Shown: one piece after another, positions 25,699 to 38,959 of the stretch
Layout of the letters: each line of letters starts with the position of its first letter
How positions within the stretch are numbered: position 1 is the stretch's first letter
Origin: Octopus bimaculoides
Taxonomy: Eukaryota
Assembly: GCF_001194135.2 (NCBI RefSeq)
Contig: NC_068989.1
Span: 17,075,280-17,139,279 of the forward strand
Direction: 5' to 3'
DNA length: 64,000 nucleotides
The notes under the pieces: model-generated
The model's input: the letters and a program-made list of their open reading frames with translations, nothing else
Database searches by the model: none
Told to the model about the DNA's origin: nothing
Position numbers and translations under genes: made by a program

Positions 25699-26617
25699 NN
25701 NNNNNNNNNNNNNNNNNNNNNNNNNNNNNNNNNNNNNNNNNNNNNNNNNNNNNNNNNNNNNNNNNNNNNNNNNNNNNNNNNNNNNNNNNNNNNNNNNNNN
25801 NNNNNNNNNNNNNNNNNNNNNNNNNNNNNNNNNNNNNNNNNNNNNNNNNNNNNNNNNNNNNNNNNNNNNNNNNNNNNNNNNNNNNNNNNNNNNNNNNNNN
25901 NNNNNNNNNNNNNNNNNNNNNNNNNNNNNNNNNNNNNNNNNNNNNNNNNNNNNNNNNNNNNNNNNNNNNNNNNNNNNNNNNNNNNNNNNNNNNNNNNNNN
26001 NNNNNNNNNNNNNNNNNNNNNNNNNNNNNNNNNNNNNNNNNNNNNNNNNNNNNNNNNNNNNNNNNNNNNNNNNNNNNNNNNNNNNNNNNNNNNNNNNNNN
26101 NNNNNNNNNNNNNNNNNNNNNNNNNNNNNNNNNNNNNNNNNNNNNNNNNNNNNNNNNNNNNNNNNNNNNNNNNNNNNNNNNNNNNNNNNNNNNNNNNNNN
26201 NNNNNNNNNNNNNNNNNNNNNNNNNNNNNNNNNNNNNNNNNNNNNNNNTGTGACAAGTCCTTAACACTACAAAGCTTATACAAAGCTTTACATTTTAAAC
26301 ATATCCTCATTATTATTATCAAAGAATGTATATATATATTTCAATACTTAAACTGTTTATTAAACATTTTCTATTATTATCAAAGAAAATATATATATGT
26401 ATTTTTATATATGTATTTTAATACTTAAACTGTTTTAAACATTCTCTTGTTATTATCAGAGAATGTATATATGTATTTTAATACTTTTGTGACAACCTGT
26501 ACTTAACACCACAAAGCTTATATAAAGCTTTATATTTTACTTTTGACAATCTTTTTCTAAAANNNNNNNNNNNNNNNNNNNNNNNNNNNNNNNNNNNNNN
26601 NNNNNNNNNNNNNNNNN

Positions 26618-26657
<40 letters not shown>

Positions 26658-27430
26658 TACGATCGATCTAATTCACTCACAAGGTTTTGGTCGGCTCGGG
26701 GCTATTGTAGAAAACACGTGCCAAGGTGTCACAGAGTGGGACTGAACTCGGAACCACACTGAGACGTCATATATACATATATATATAGACAATAGGCAAG
26801 AGTTAGAGATGCTCAGTATAGAAAACAGATAGTCGTACTCAAACGAATTTGAACTTGGACTCCGAATTCCTTATCCAGGTCTATGTCCTTGGCATCAAGA
26901 GTGGCTATAAGAGAAATCCAAGGCGAGCTGATATGGAGGAAGTGATGCAGATAAACACAATTAGGCTTGATACATGCGCGCGCACACACACGCATATGCA
27001 CACACATATCTACATGTATTCAGAATTATAAACACACACACACGATTATATTTTTATAGACCATAAAAGATACAAAACACTCAACAGCTGTTTCAGGAAG
27101 CTCAGATTTACGTAATGATCGCAATGTTAATAATTTGCAGATGGAATGTGCAGAAGGTCTTGGGTATGCAACTATTAAACAATGACATAGAAATATTACA
27201 ATAAATCCGGTTTCCTTCAAGAGAAATTTGGCAAAAATAGGCTGTGACATTACACGCGCGCGCACATATACACATTACACACACAGAGACACAGACACAC
27301 ACGCATATGTACTCACACATACGCGTATACACACGAACATACATCAAACACACACATATACTAATTAAGGTGATTTACTTCATACTACGGGCACAAGCAT
27401 GGATATTCAATTCTGAATCATCATGATTAA

Positions 27431-27462
<32 letters not shown>

Positions 27463-28697
27463 CTCCCCCATCATCACCACTGCGAAGTGACAGGATAGCT
27501 ACTGCGCCGGGGAAAATGCTTAGAGGCATTTCTTCCGACTTTACGTCCACTTCGTCTTCTATTCTTTCGAGAACGATGGTACAAGTACTAGTTGGACATT
27601 AGGGTGTAAGTAAGTGACTTGTCACCTTCCCCGAAATTACTAGCCTTTTGTCAAAATTTGAAATCAACACTTGGTTACTACAGCCTGTGATGTTGGCTTT
27701 GCCGTTCAAATTTTTGGTACCGACAAAATAAAATGCAAGCCAAATATTCTTTTCTACTGTAGGCACGAGGCCCGAAATTTTGTGGGAGAGGACTAGGCGA
27801 TTAGATCGACCCCAGTACAAAACTGGTACTTAATTTATCGACCCCGAAAGGATAAAATGCAAAGTCAACCTCAGCGGAATTTGAACTCAGAACGTATATA
27901 GCCAGAACAAATACCGCAGGTTTTTTTTTTCGGACGCTCTAACGATTCTACTAATACATCAGTTAATAATAACTTCTGACTTGGGTACCAGACTGCTAGC
28001 TGCATCGGGAAAGTTGCTGTCGAGTGACTTAAACTACTACAGTATTTGTACCAATTCATAGACACCGTAAGAGTGTCGACAGAAGAATATCTTCAACTGG
28101 ATTTCGAATCATAACGTATAAGTTATTTGGAACGACTCTCTAACATTTCTGTCTCTCTACCACCCTTCTGCTATTTAACCACCTAGAGTCACTACGAACA
28201 ACAATATAAAAAAAAGAAGAAGAAGAAGAACAACAACCAATAAATTAACATTTTTTTTAAAAACAGGAAATAACAGGTCAATTATTCATAACGTATGGCA
28301 AGACACTTTCATTGAAAATCAGTTTTGAAGCTGACATATTTTCTACTGGATTTTGTATTACGTCATATTTGAGTTAAGTCATACATGAAAGTATTGGACG
28401 TCATCTTCTCTTGTCCATCATAATCGCGTTTCCCTTTTCTTTCATTCTCTTTGGGAACTTTACTATTTCTGACCAATACAATGTTTCTAAATTAGTCTAT
28501 GGATGGATAAGGCAAGGATTTCACAAAATTTATCACCAATGTTTTTATATTTATGAATCAACATATTCTTTTTCATTTTTTTAATGTATTCAATGTTGTT
28601 GTGAAAATTACAAATGACCGCATAAGGAAATGTTTTCTCACGTAAAAATACATGTTCAAGTATTTTGGTTCTACTCCGAATATACAAATTCCGTTCT

Positions 28698-28703
28698 TTT
28701 ATT
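28698..28703 (-). terminator. Candidate polyadenylation signal AATAAA about 75 nt after the stop codon
   Basis: Plus-strand tttatt at 28698-28703; position suits a short 3' UTR. The motif is common in AT-rich DNA. Confidence 0.35.
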
Positions 28704-28776
28704 TTTCAACTTTTACGATTCCCAGCAAAATGATGATAATATCTTGATATAGTGTCAGTAACTCACTCCTTCTTCC

Positions 28777-31700
28777 TCAGCCAATATTTTTATCATCACT
28801 ACTAGACCCTCCATTCTCTACTGCATTATTGACATCATTAACCTCTTTAGTGTTCTGCTTAACTTCCTCCGCGCTGACGTTAGTTTCGCCGTCTCCATTA
28901 TTTCTCTCTGTAATTATCGGTGGGACAAGGTTAACGTCCTCATCCTTTGTAGTACTGTTCGTATTCTCTGCTGGTTTATCATTATCACTCTTGTGCTCAG
29001 TATTACTCTCTGCCCCTCGTTTGTCAACATACGCACCATCACTATCTACATTATGACTGTCTGTAACTTTCATTACACCATTGTTCACATTTTCATCTCC
29101 AGGAGTAGTTTTTGTAACCTCTGAAGCAAAAAGGCTAGTGTCACCATCAACAGGATTACTCTCTGTAACTTCTGATGTAGCATTGGTATCCTCTTCATCG
29201 ACAGTAACTCCGAGTTCAGTCTTGTTGACAGTATTGTCAGTAGTAACACTACCTATAATTCCTACTGAAGCAGTGTTAATGCTATCGTTATCAGCAGCCT
29301 TTCCTGTAACATCCGATTCACCATTGCTAACATTATCTTCAGTAGCATTCTTCTCTATGACTGCATCTATGTTAACATCACCAACTAATGTAGTACTTCC
29401 TGTAACTTTATTAACATCTCCATCTTCATCAATACTCATGGAAACTTCCCGTGAGACATTATTGCCACCACCATCTCTACTGTCACGCCTTTTTACTGTG
29501 TTATCATCAGTATTTGCAGCAGTAGTCTCTGCAGCATTTACAGTACTTCCGTTAGCCTCACCATGTTCGGTTGCACTCTGTGGCGGAGTTGGACTACCGT
29601 TACTATACATGCCATCTTTAATCGCACTCTCTGAGTCTGTTCTTGTATTCTGCACATCTCCGTCGTTACTCAGTTTAACTTCTACACTGCCACCAACGTC
29701 AGGTTCCGTAGAACCGTCCTCTGCGACATTTACACCATCATTCGTTTCATTATAGTCTCTAGTTAAACTAATAGTTTCTCTACTTCTCTCAATAACATCA
29801 CCCCCTTTACCATTGCCATCATCAACAGCATCACCATCCCTTCTGTTACCATCACCATCCCTTCTGTTACCATCACCATCCCTTCTGTTACCATCACCAT
29901 CCCTTCTGTTACCATCACCAGCCCTTCTGTTACCATCACCATCTCCATCTCCATAACCATCCTTATTATCATTATTATCACGCTCTTCTACACAAGAAGA
30001 GCTATGTTGGTCTTTAGTTTTGCTATCTGCAGCAACGAAGCCTTCACAGTCAGAGGTCATGTTATCAAGCTCAGTTTTCTTGGTCCCAGTAACGTTTTTC
30101 TCGCGAGGGGATGTTTCATTTTCATTTATGTTCTGAATATTGTCTTCTGTATCAGCGATTCTCAAAATGTCATTGCTATTATCAAGCACGTCAGGAGTTC
30201 CAGATTTATCTCGAGCAGAATCAGATAAAACTTCGATTCCGCCAACATTCTCGTTCTGAAAGTTCTCATTTTTACTATATGTAACATCATCGTTTTCGGT
30301 ATTTTCCACAACTGCGTTTAAAATGTTATCACTTTCATCCATTTTGCTATTTTCATCAGATTTTCTGTCGTTATTTTCGACGAAACTCGTCATCGCTGGC
30401 AAATTATCTTCAAGTCTGTTTCCATTGATAACAGAACGGTTCAACGTTCCATCTCTATCATCTGTAAAGTTATCAACACTTTCTCCATTAGAAATATTTT
30501 TCTGTTCTTTAGACTGGTTATTTTGACCATTATTTGCATTTATTAATGTGTTGTCATCATGGCCAGCCTCAGCTTGTGTGCTATCCACGCTTTCTTTAAA
30601 GTTGTTAGGGATATTGACAGCAGAAATATCACTGGTCTCTTTATTGCTGTCAGTAATAAGGTTTTGGGGTGCATTATTTGGTATTTCATTAGAGGAGTCT
30701 TCATTATATTCATCATTTCTCGTGTTTCTGGAATCATCATTAAAGTTCTTTTCTTTGTCATTTGTTTCATTTTCTACTCCATCTTCACTGTTAAAGTGAG
30801 ATGGGACATCATTTCCTTCAAGGGAATCTCGTCTTGCCTTGTTTGAATTCACTTTACTACGGACTAAGCTTACACTGTCAGGTGTGACGTCTCCCAAATC
30901 ATTGGAGCGTTGAATATCACCTGCTACAGCAGTATTAATATTATCATCTCCAATAACAATCTTAGTGTCTTCAGATATATCAGTGACTAAATCTCTATCA
31001 GTTTGGTGGGAAATATTCCCGTCATCAACGACTTTCGTATCGACCCCTTCATCAACTACAGCATTTGTGTAATTATTTATAGTGTCAGTATCGCTGACAG
31101 CATTATCATCTGAATGTTTAGATGCATTATTATCAATATTTACATCTCTAGAAACATTTGAATCACTGTCGATAACTTCAGCTGCTGTACATGTCTCTTC
31201 TGCATTAGTTATCACATTCTCACTCCTAGAATCCTTTACAATTATCTTATCGGGTAAATTGTCGTCCGAACGTCCATTTTCATTATCAGTTTTTGCAGCA
31301 TAAGTTACATCAATGTCATCTGTGAGATTTTCAGCTGTGAGTTCCATTTCATTTTTATCAGTATCACCACCTGCATCCTTGGTTTTTGTCTCTTTGTCTC
31401 TTTCCTGAACATCATTGATATCTTCCTTTTGGTAAGCAGCAAGGCTATTCACATCATCATCATCATCATCTACGGAAGTGTTATGGAGTGATGGAGAATT
31501 ATTATCCAAAGTCTCACCGTTTTGTGTATCAGTTTCTGTATACTTCTTAGGAGTATTTCCATCTAATATGGAATCAGATTTCCTCTCTACAGAGTCAGGT
31601 TCATTGTCATCTCTTGGCAGAAGTTGTTCCTGTTCCTTCTCTTGATGAATATTGATATTTTCATTGGACTCTCTGGTTTTTAGCTTTGGAGTTTGCTTTA

Positions 31701-32660
31701 AGTCCACAGTAGATGATTCTGAGACGTCATCTACATTTTCATTAGATTTTTGCGGACTAAATCTATCATTATTGTGCGTAGCATTAACATTGTCTCGAGG
31801 TGTTTCAGATTTCATATCTTCGTTGTCAGATGTATGCTTTTCTTCTTCACTCGTTTTAACATTCTCTTGGTCTGTTTTATTTACGTCAGCTGAAGTAGTA
31901 TCTATATTTGGGTCATTTGTAACCTCTGATTTACTTTCCTCCTTTTTAGTTTTATTTGAAAAATTGTCGGCATTTCCAGTATCATCCTTGCTCTCAGCGT
32001 TTCTCTCATTTACAGAAACTTCTTGACTTTGTTTATTTACATTTACATCAACTGGTGAATGTCTTACCGTAGAATCGTTATTTTTCTCTTCATTACTATT
32101 GGAATGATTATCAACGGTTTCTTCATTGTTTATATCGTTCTGACCAGTTTGACTATTTTTCATATCTGGATCAACGTCATCGTTTTGTTTAGAATATTCG
32201 GGTAACTGGGAATCAACAACAGCCTTGCTACTTTGTCTTAGAACTTCAGAATTTTTATTCGATTTCTTTTTTAATTTTTCCTTCCTTTTAGCCTGTTTGA
32301 TATTTTCATGTGTGTTTACATCTTTTTTCCCTGCGGTTTTATCTTTCACATTTACTTTCGAATCATCTCTCGATTGATGTTTTTCTTCTTCAACATCTAC
32401 AGTGACCGTCAAATTTGTAGAATTTGTTTCATCTTTGGCTGTTCGTTTACGACTTTTATTCTTGTAAGTGTTTCGTTCAGAAATCCCACGTGGGAAGTCT
32501 GTTCTGTTACTAGTTTTTTCTACAGATTGGTTGGAATTGGAAATATTATCTTCTCCCTTTCCTGTCGTTTGACCCGCCATCTCTTCTTTTTCTGATGCTT
32601 GTTCCTTTTCAGTCTGACTTTTCTCTCTGTCAAAGTTTCCGCGACCTTTCCGACGTCTCC
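28777..32660 (-). CDS. Giant final coding exon: about 1294 codons of acidic, D/N/E/S/T/K-rich low-complexity (probably intrinsically disordered) protein
   Basis: The 1267-aa ORF in the track extends upstream in frame (RRRKGRGNFDREKSQTEKEQASEKEE-M) to acceptor gtttgttttttcag| at 32660, phase 1. Stop TGA at 28779-28777. A 3.9-kb stop-free frame in AT-rich DNA is very unlikely by chance. No Trp and only 3 Cys in the 1267-aa ORF. Confidence 0.92.
29829..29943 (-). repeat. In-frame 21-nt coding minisatellite, 5+ copies, encoding (D/A)GDGNRR
   Basis: Unit catcaccatcccttctgttac repeated from 29829 on the plus strand; translation DGDGNRRAGDGNRRDGDGNRRDGDGNRRDGDGNRRDGD. Confidence 0.95.
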
Positions 32661-34110
32661 CTGAAAAAACAAACCAATAGACTTTCGTCTAATAAATGAA
32701 CAATCAATTATCACATGAATACACATACATAATTATACATAACTCAAGCGTTCATTTAAATATATAACCATTTATTCGTTTATGCATCTGTCTCATGAAT
32801 TCCCTCCTCTCTAAATTAATGCACTTTCATAAATTCTCTCATACGCATTCCACACACGGACACTCCACGTACATAAGCACACAAGGTTGTCAGAGGCGTT
32901 GGACAACATGCTTTGCGTTATTTCTTTTCACTTTACGTTTTATCGAGGTCAGTTTTGCCTTTCAGCCTTTCTGCATCTATAAAATAAAATACTTGGATTA
33001 GTGAAACTGTTAGAATTCCGGACAAATTGCCTTGTGGTATTTGTTCCGACTGTGAGTTCTGATTATTTTGGGTGGTAGACTAAATCCATCACCGACTAGT
33101 TGAACATCACCATCTGGTCCTTGAGTGCCTTTCGCGGTTTTCAATCAGCTCCAAGCATTTGAGTCAGGTCTTTGATTTAAGGATGAGTGCGTCTTGCATG
33201 TCTCGTGAGTGGAGGCATTGAAAGATAACCAAAGGGATATAGACAGTTTCTCTCGGTAACTAAATTATACATGTATATACACTCTGACGATCAAATTCTG
33301 GCGGGAATGCCCATATAAGCATGAGCAGCAATCCAATATAGGCAGAAACCCAAACCGCTCTACATTCGGAGAACAAGGCGGAGATAGCCTGTAAACATTC
33401 ATAAAGGTAACTATTGCTCCAAACGAGCAATAAGGGTTTGATTCGTAGATACGAGTAAACCTTAACGAAAAAGATTAAATTAGAACGTAGTCTTGTTTTC
33501 AATGCAACATCTCAAAAAGAAAAGCAGTTCTCCATATGTTCATATGTGTAAATATACATACATATACACACATATACACACGTGCACACAAACATATATA
33601 TATATATATATATATATANNNNNNNNNNNNNNNNNNNNNNNNNNNNNNNNNNNNNNNNNNNNNNNNNNNNNNNNNNNNNNNNNNNNNNNNNNNNNNNNNN
33701 NNNNNNNNNNNNNNNNNNNNNNNNNNNNNNNNNNNNNNNNNNNNNNNNNNNNNNNNNNNNNNNNNNNNNNNNNNNNNNNNNNNNNNGACTTCGCTAATTG
33801 CTTAAGTGCCTATACAGGGTGTGGTAGCTATTTGAGGATATATGTGTGGTAATTTTATAATACAACTCTAATCTAACAAAAGACCAAATATATTTTAATA
33901 AAAAAAACACAAATAAAAAGCTAATTTATGTATGGTATGAAGAAATGCATAAACTAAAATATATTTGGGTCTTTAGAATGATTGAAGCAAATAGAAACCA
34001 GATAGACAGACAGAGACACACACACACACACACACTTATATGCATACATTCATTCACATACACATACGCGTGTGCACATTTGTATGGAACAATGTTACGG
34101 AAGTTCATAC

Positions 34111-34253
34111 CTGTAGTGCCCTTTTCTGGAGGAGGACAATTTTCAAGTGGCTTAGGTTTCAAAACATTCGTTTCTGAATTCCCTTTTCCTGTATGTTGTT
34201 GGTTAATTCGTGGAATCTGTCTCCTGGCATTAGTTCGCACGATACTAGAATTC
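34111..34253 (-). CDS. Coding exon (NSSIVRTNARRQIPRINQQHTGKGNSETNVLKPKPLENCPPPEKGTTG)
   Basis: Acceptor ttatttttcaagcag| (NAGNAG) and donor ACAG|GTATGA. 143 nt, phase 2 in and phase 1 out, joining the giant exon in frame. Confidence 0.8.
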
Positions 34254-35873
34254 CTGCTTGAAAAATAAGTGTCAAAATTTTACACATACATACGGAACGT
34301 TTGTACGTATGCATATATGTGAACAGATCAGGGTATATGCAAATAACTATGTATATATATATGATTCTGTACGTACACGTATGAGTGCATATGTAGATAT
34401 ATGGTGACAGGAGAACAACTGTTAGTTACGCAGTGGAGTATCCTTTTCTGCCCAAGGTGGCCTTTTACTTCTATGTGGAGAGACATCTATCAATGGGGAC
34501 ACAGAAACCTCTTCTTCATCACAACAACGAGGACTCAATCATAACACTATACATATCATGGCAACGGTTTTGTACTCTCTAGTCATGAAAAATTGTAGTT
34601 AATACTGCTGTTTCAAATGGTAGGAATCCAAATCTCTGATTGATCCAATATAATGACCTCCATACATTTAATATTACGGAGACCTAAACCTATACTTCAG
34701 TCTGTTTCGTTGCTGATCTTTACAAAGAGATTGGAGTGCTGTTCTGGGGACGTGCTACTGTTGCTACTGTAGCATACATTAAAAAGTATTCTAGAACCCC
34801 CCCCCCCCCAAAAAAAAAACAGTCTAGCTAATCAGCAAAGGTTCAAATTATTCAAGTAAAACTTTTATAGATACATTTTAAAATGGAAACAAATATGTGT
34901 TTATATACAGCATAAATTATCTCGAGGTAAGTGGTTGACAATACATGTAGCTATCAATGAACCATGCTGTTATGAGAAATCCCGATACCAAAAATACTAA
35001 ATTGATATCTAAAAGTCAACATAAAAATACACAATGATTCTACTAGAAGAATACGTGAGAGACTACTAATTGCATACTATTCTACGGCAGTTTATAAACA
35101 AAACTTTTAAACTATGGATAGCGCCGTAGTTATTCTTCAAGGTGAAATCTAATGCAAAAGGATGAGTTAGGGTTAGGGTTAGGTGCAGAGAATGACAATA
35201 GTGCAAGGATAGAATTATATAATCTACACTTAAACCACTGAAGTAGTACCTTAAACTTTAGACAAGTACGGCTTGGTACTACGCCCCTCCAATTTACTTT
35301 GCTTTTGAAAATCATACATACGTACATACATACATACATACATATATACATACACACATACATAATACATACATACGTACGTACATACATACATACATAC
35401 GTACATACATACATACATACATACATACATACATACATACATACATACATAAAAGCATGCATGTCTATGAGAGAATGTGGGTGTTTGAGAGGCGATCTGC
35501 CAAAAATAGCATCCCAGTCGCTTCACATCAATTCCGACAAAGGATCCTTTATGCAGTCACCAGTCACTCGATCTCTTGTAATTGGCAACTCGAGCTCCCT
35601 CAAATCACTCAACTGTTTTGAATAATGAATACGGAAACAAACAAACAAACAAACAGGATAGTCACGACTGGAACACTTTTGGTCAAGGATTTGCTTGGGT
35701 TTATTAATAAGCAACAGCCTTGAACAAATTAGATTCTGTTGTGCTAAATGCATTATATCTGTATAAAAGACAATGTAGTCATAGATAGAACACATTTGAT
35801 CATAGACTTAGTGACCCTAACCTGGGTCAAAGTATAAACGAGAAGAAAACCAAAGACAAATATCGATACGTAC

Positions 35874-36039
35874 TGTGATGAGTTTAACTTAGAATAATTA
35901 TTATTGTCTGAAGTAGCACCACCTTCTGTATCCGTAGAATGAGATTTCGATTTTCTCTTGAATAAAATATCGAATTTGTCTGGAGTTTTACTCTGTTCGA
36001 TCATTCTTGAATCTTTATAAAGAGCGGCGGATATAGAAC
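35874..36039 (-). CDS. Coding exon (GSISAALYKDSRMIEQSKTPDKFDILFKRKSKSHSTDTEGGATSDNNNYSKLNSSQ)
   Basis: Acceptor gcctatgcag| and donor CA|GTACGT. 166 nt, phase 1 in and phase 2 out, matching both neighbouring exons. Confidence 0.75.
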
Positions 36040-36733
36040 CTGCATAGGCTTGGATAGTGTGTTGAGAATGGAAACCTAGAAGACAGTGGAAAAAATGAGT
36101 TTTAATTACTCTTATTCTTTTGGTAACAGACAGAATTCTCCATATCAATACTGTATAAGGGAGTATTGTAATTTGTTTGAGGTATTGTAATGTGTAAATG
36201 ATATAAATATTAACAAGAAAACCTTTTGAGCTATACAAGTGTAAGCAAAATATGTAAGGCGATATCCATTAGTAAAAACAAAGACAAGATACTGTATTAG
36301 TTTACATAGGTTGTTTAATGCTTCAATTATATTTCGGGAAACTTTCCTCTTATCAAATATAAGAAAGAAAGTAATTCGAAAGTTCGGAGAAAAGGTGTTG
36401 TTTTCAGTAGGCCATTCTGACGTGTCAATATAGTAAAAAGTTTCAGGTCGAAATATAAATAGTTCATATACAATCATCGTCACTAATTTTGTGTCTCAGG
36501 CTATGACAATTGATTTTAAGTTACATAGGTTGCAGTTGTAAAGTAATATTAAATGATAGGAGACATATAGCTTTAAGAAGCAGAAGTATAGCAAAATTGA
36601 CGTGTTTCAGCTACCTTACTGTTTCAACTTCTCTACTTTGTTGGGGGAATGAGTTCCAATAGGCTAAGTAGAGTCGAAGCTCTAGTAATGGCCTTAACGT
36701 CCGACTAAAGGATGAGTGTACTCCACATTTTGC

Positions 36734-36773
<40 letters not shown>

Positions 36774-37147
36774 TTGTATTGTAAAGCTTCGGCGAACTCA
36801 CTTTCAAGACAGAAGATTGTAGCCATTACGTAACGTCTTACTGAGTATGGCATAGACATTACGTACTCTAATGTCTACACTCCACTCTACGTACATAACT
36901 TTGTTATGCATAAATACATTTTGTTTTATTAGTACAATTTAAAATGGTGATTATTAAATGGGGAATTTTAAAATTAATATTACTGATTTTTATTTTCTAT
37001 TTCCAGTAAGCTGAAATTCAGGGGAGGGACAAATGTATTTGAGCTTGGCAAATATAGTACTTCGAAACAGACTCTGTTTTTAAATTTCTACCCCAGGTCT
37101 TTTAGAGGTGGTGCAATCGTCTTTAATGTTATGATATTTAGAAAACA

Positions 37148-37299
37148 TTTCCGCCGAGGTCGACTTTGCCTTTCATCCTTTCGGGGTCGATTAAATAAGT
37201 ACCAGTTACGCACTGGGGACGATGTAATCGACTTAATCCCTTTGTCTGCCCTTGTTTGTCCCCTCTATGTTTAGGCCCTTGTGGGCAATAAAGAAATAA
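37148..37299 (+). mobile_element. SINE family B, 5'-truncated, 10-bp TSD
   Basis: Matches the 3' part of 49312-49533; atatttagaa at 37134-37143 and 37300-37309. Confidence 0.85.
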
Positions 37300-37423
37300 A
37301 TATTTAGAAGAAATTATGAGAAACATCAACTTTTAAATCAACTAAAATAAGAGTTGCAATGAATTCTGTTTGATAGTTTTGCCATGATATTTCCTTACCG
37401 TCTTTTTGTCCACAGAGTCTTAC

Positions 37424-37618
37424 CTTTACTGCCTTCACGTAGTAAAATATCCATGTAACGATTACGAATGCATCTCCTCATGTTTTTTACACTGTACGTA
37501 CGAGCTAGCGTCCACATGTAAGAGTCGGGTAAGCATTTCCACTCATATCGTTCTTGTCCCTTATGTGTAATAGGGGGCAGTATTGGTCGTGGCATCTTTT
37601 GTTTAGAAGACGCACTCT
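37424..37618 (-). CDS. Coding exon (ESASSKQKMPRPILPPITHKGQERYEWKCLPDSYMWTLARTYSVKNMRRCIRNRYMDILLREGSK); FAM216-like domain candidate
   Basis: Acceptor cattttccctcatttttcag| and donor AAAG|GTAAGA. 195 nt, phase 1-1, open frame. Alternative start AAG-ATG at 37595. The FAM216 resemblance is from recalled sequences only. Confidence 0.75.
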
Positions 37619-38959
37619 CTGAAAAATGAGGGAAAATGTTGCCGTAGAAAGTGTATTGTAAGACAGCAGGGTGAACGTTTTTAACTTTAAAGAATGATGC
37701 AGTGAAGGGTGGCATAACGGAGATTGACAGAGTTAAGAATGAACTATTGGGGAGAATGACAGTGAAGAATGACTCAAAAGACGAAGTTCCCAATAAGGAA
37801 AGTTTCAGATGAAGAGTGACCCTCTGAAGTTTGCTTCTATGGCATTTCTCAAAGATTGACTCAATAAAGAATGACTTAAGAGAGATCGAATGAAGAATGA
37901 CCTAATAATAACCCAGTGAGAAAGACACGATGGGAAGTAATCTGTGGGGAATGACAGAATGGGGAATGATTCGATAAAGAATGATCTAATGCACAGCCAC
38001 GCAATGAGGAATAACACGATAAAAAACCTTACGTTAGAGATTATAACAGCAACAGCAGCAGCAACAACAACAACACCATCAGTAGCGATGACAACGACGA
38101 CGACGACAACAACAGTAACATCAATCAACATTTTTCTAGAGCAATATTAGAACATTCTCGCTCTGTACCATGTGCAGTATCATCTAAAATTTTAAAACAA
38201 TAACTTTCTGGATTTCTTTTCCTTCTTTGCTACTTTCACTTTGCGTCCTTATCTTTTATAGGCGTATGTTATGTATAAATGGAGTTAATTCAGACAGAGA
38301 AGATGGCAGAAAATAACGGAAGTTTGACACATTACATTGGAATTTCAAATCAGAATTTTCTCGCGGCGTTACTTCACCTGCTTTTGTAATTAAAAAAGTG
38401 AAGGAAAGACAGGTGAGTACAAGATATTGTTGTACGTGGAACTAAATACATTACAGCATTTAGTTACACCTTCTACATTCTGTGTTGAAATACTACATGA
38501 GTTTAAATGTCAATTTTTCTTTGCGCCCTCTTGGGTCCTAAAATAAGTACTAATTCAACCCCGAAGTTTGTTAAATCGAATAAATCCTACTGTACAGCCT
38601 AACATCAATCAATGACTGATAACAATGTAATATACTCACCTTGGTCAACTACAAATTACAATATGAGACAATGGAGGAGCCTTTACGTGATCATTCTGCA
38701 TGATCGAAATTGTGGCCATATATCCCTCATATCACAATGTCTTAGATTAAGAAAACATATATTGGATGAAATAATCTTAGACACATCCCTGGAACGACTT
38801 TTTTTTTATCAAGGTTGAGATGCCTTTGATCTTGGGTCTCCTCGGCCAGTTTTGACCTACAGCTAAACAACAACAGATTAGAATAGCTAAGTTTAATGAC
38901 AATATAAGCTAATTAGAAATAAATATGCCGTAAGGAAAGGCTGTTAGTACAAATGAGAA

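Noticed and set aside
26840-27260. Exon candidates on both strands (for example minus 27210-27107 and about 26930-26850; plus about 27098-27166)
   Set aside because: Mutually overlapping alternatives with weak donors; cannot be chosen without transcript data.
28777-28779. Selenocysteine or readthrough at the TGA
   Set aside because: No SECIS-like hairpin was recognised downstream, the context is not leaky, and the protein is not redox-type.
29081-32595. Plus-strand ORFs over the giant exon (for example 29081-29755, 224 aa)
   Set aside because: Antisense shadows of the biased codon usage of the real minus-strand exon.
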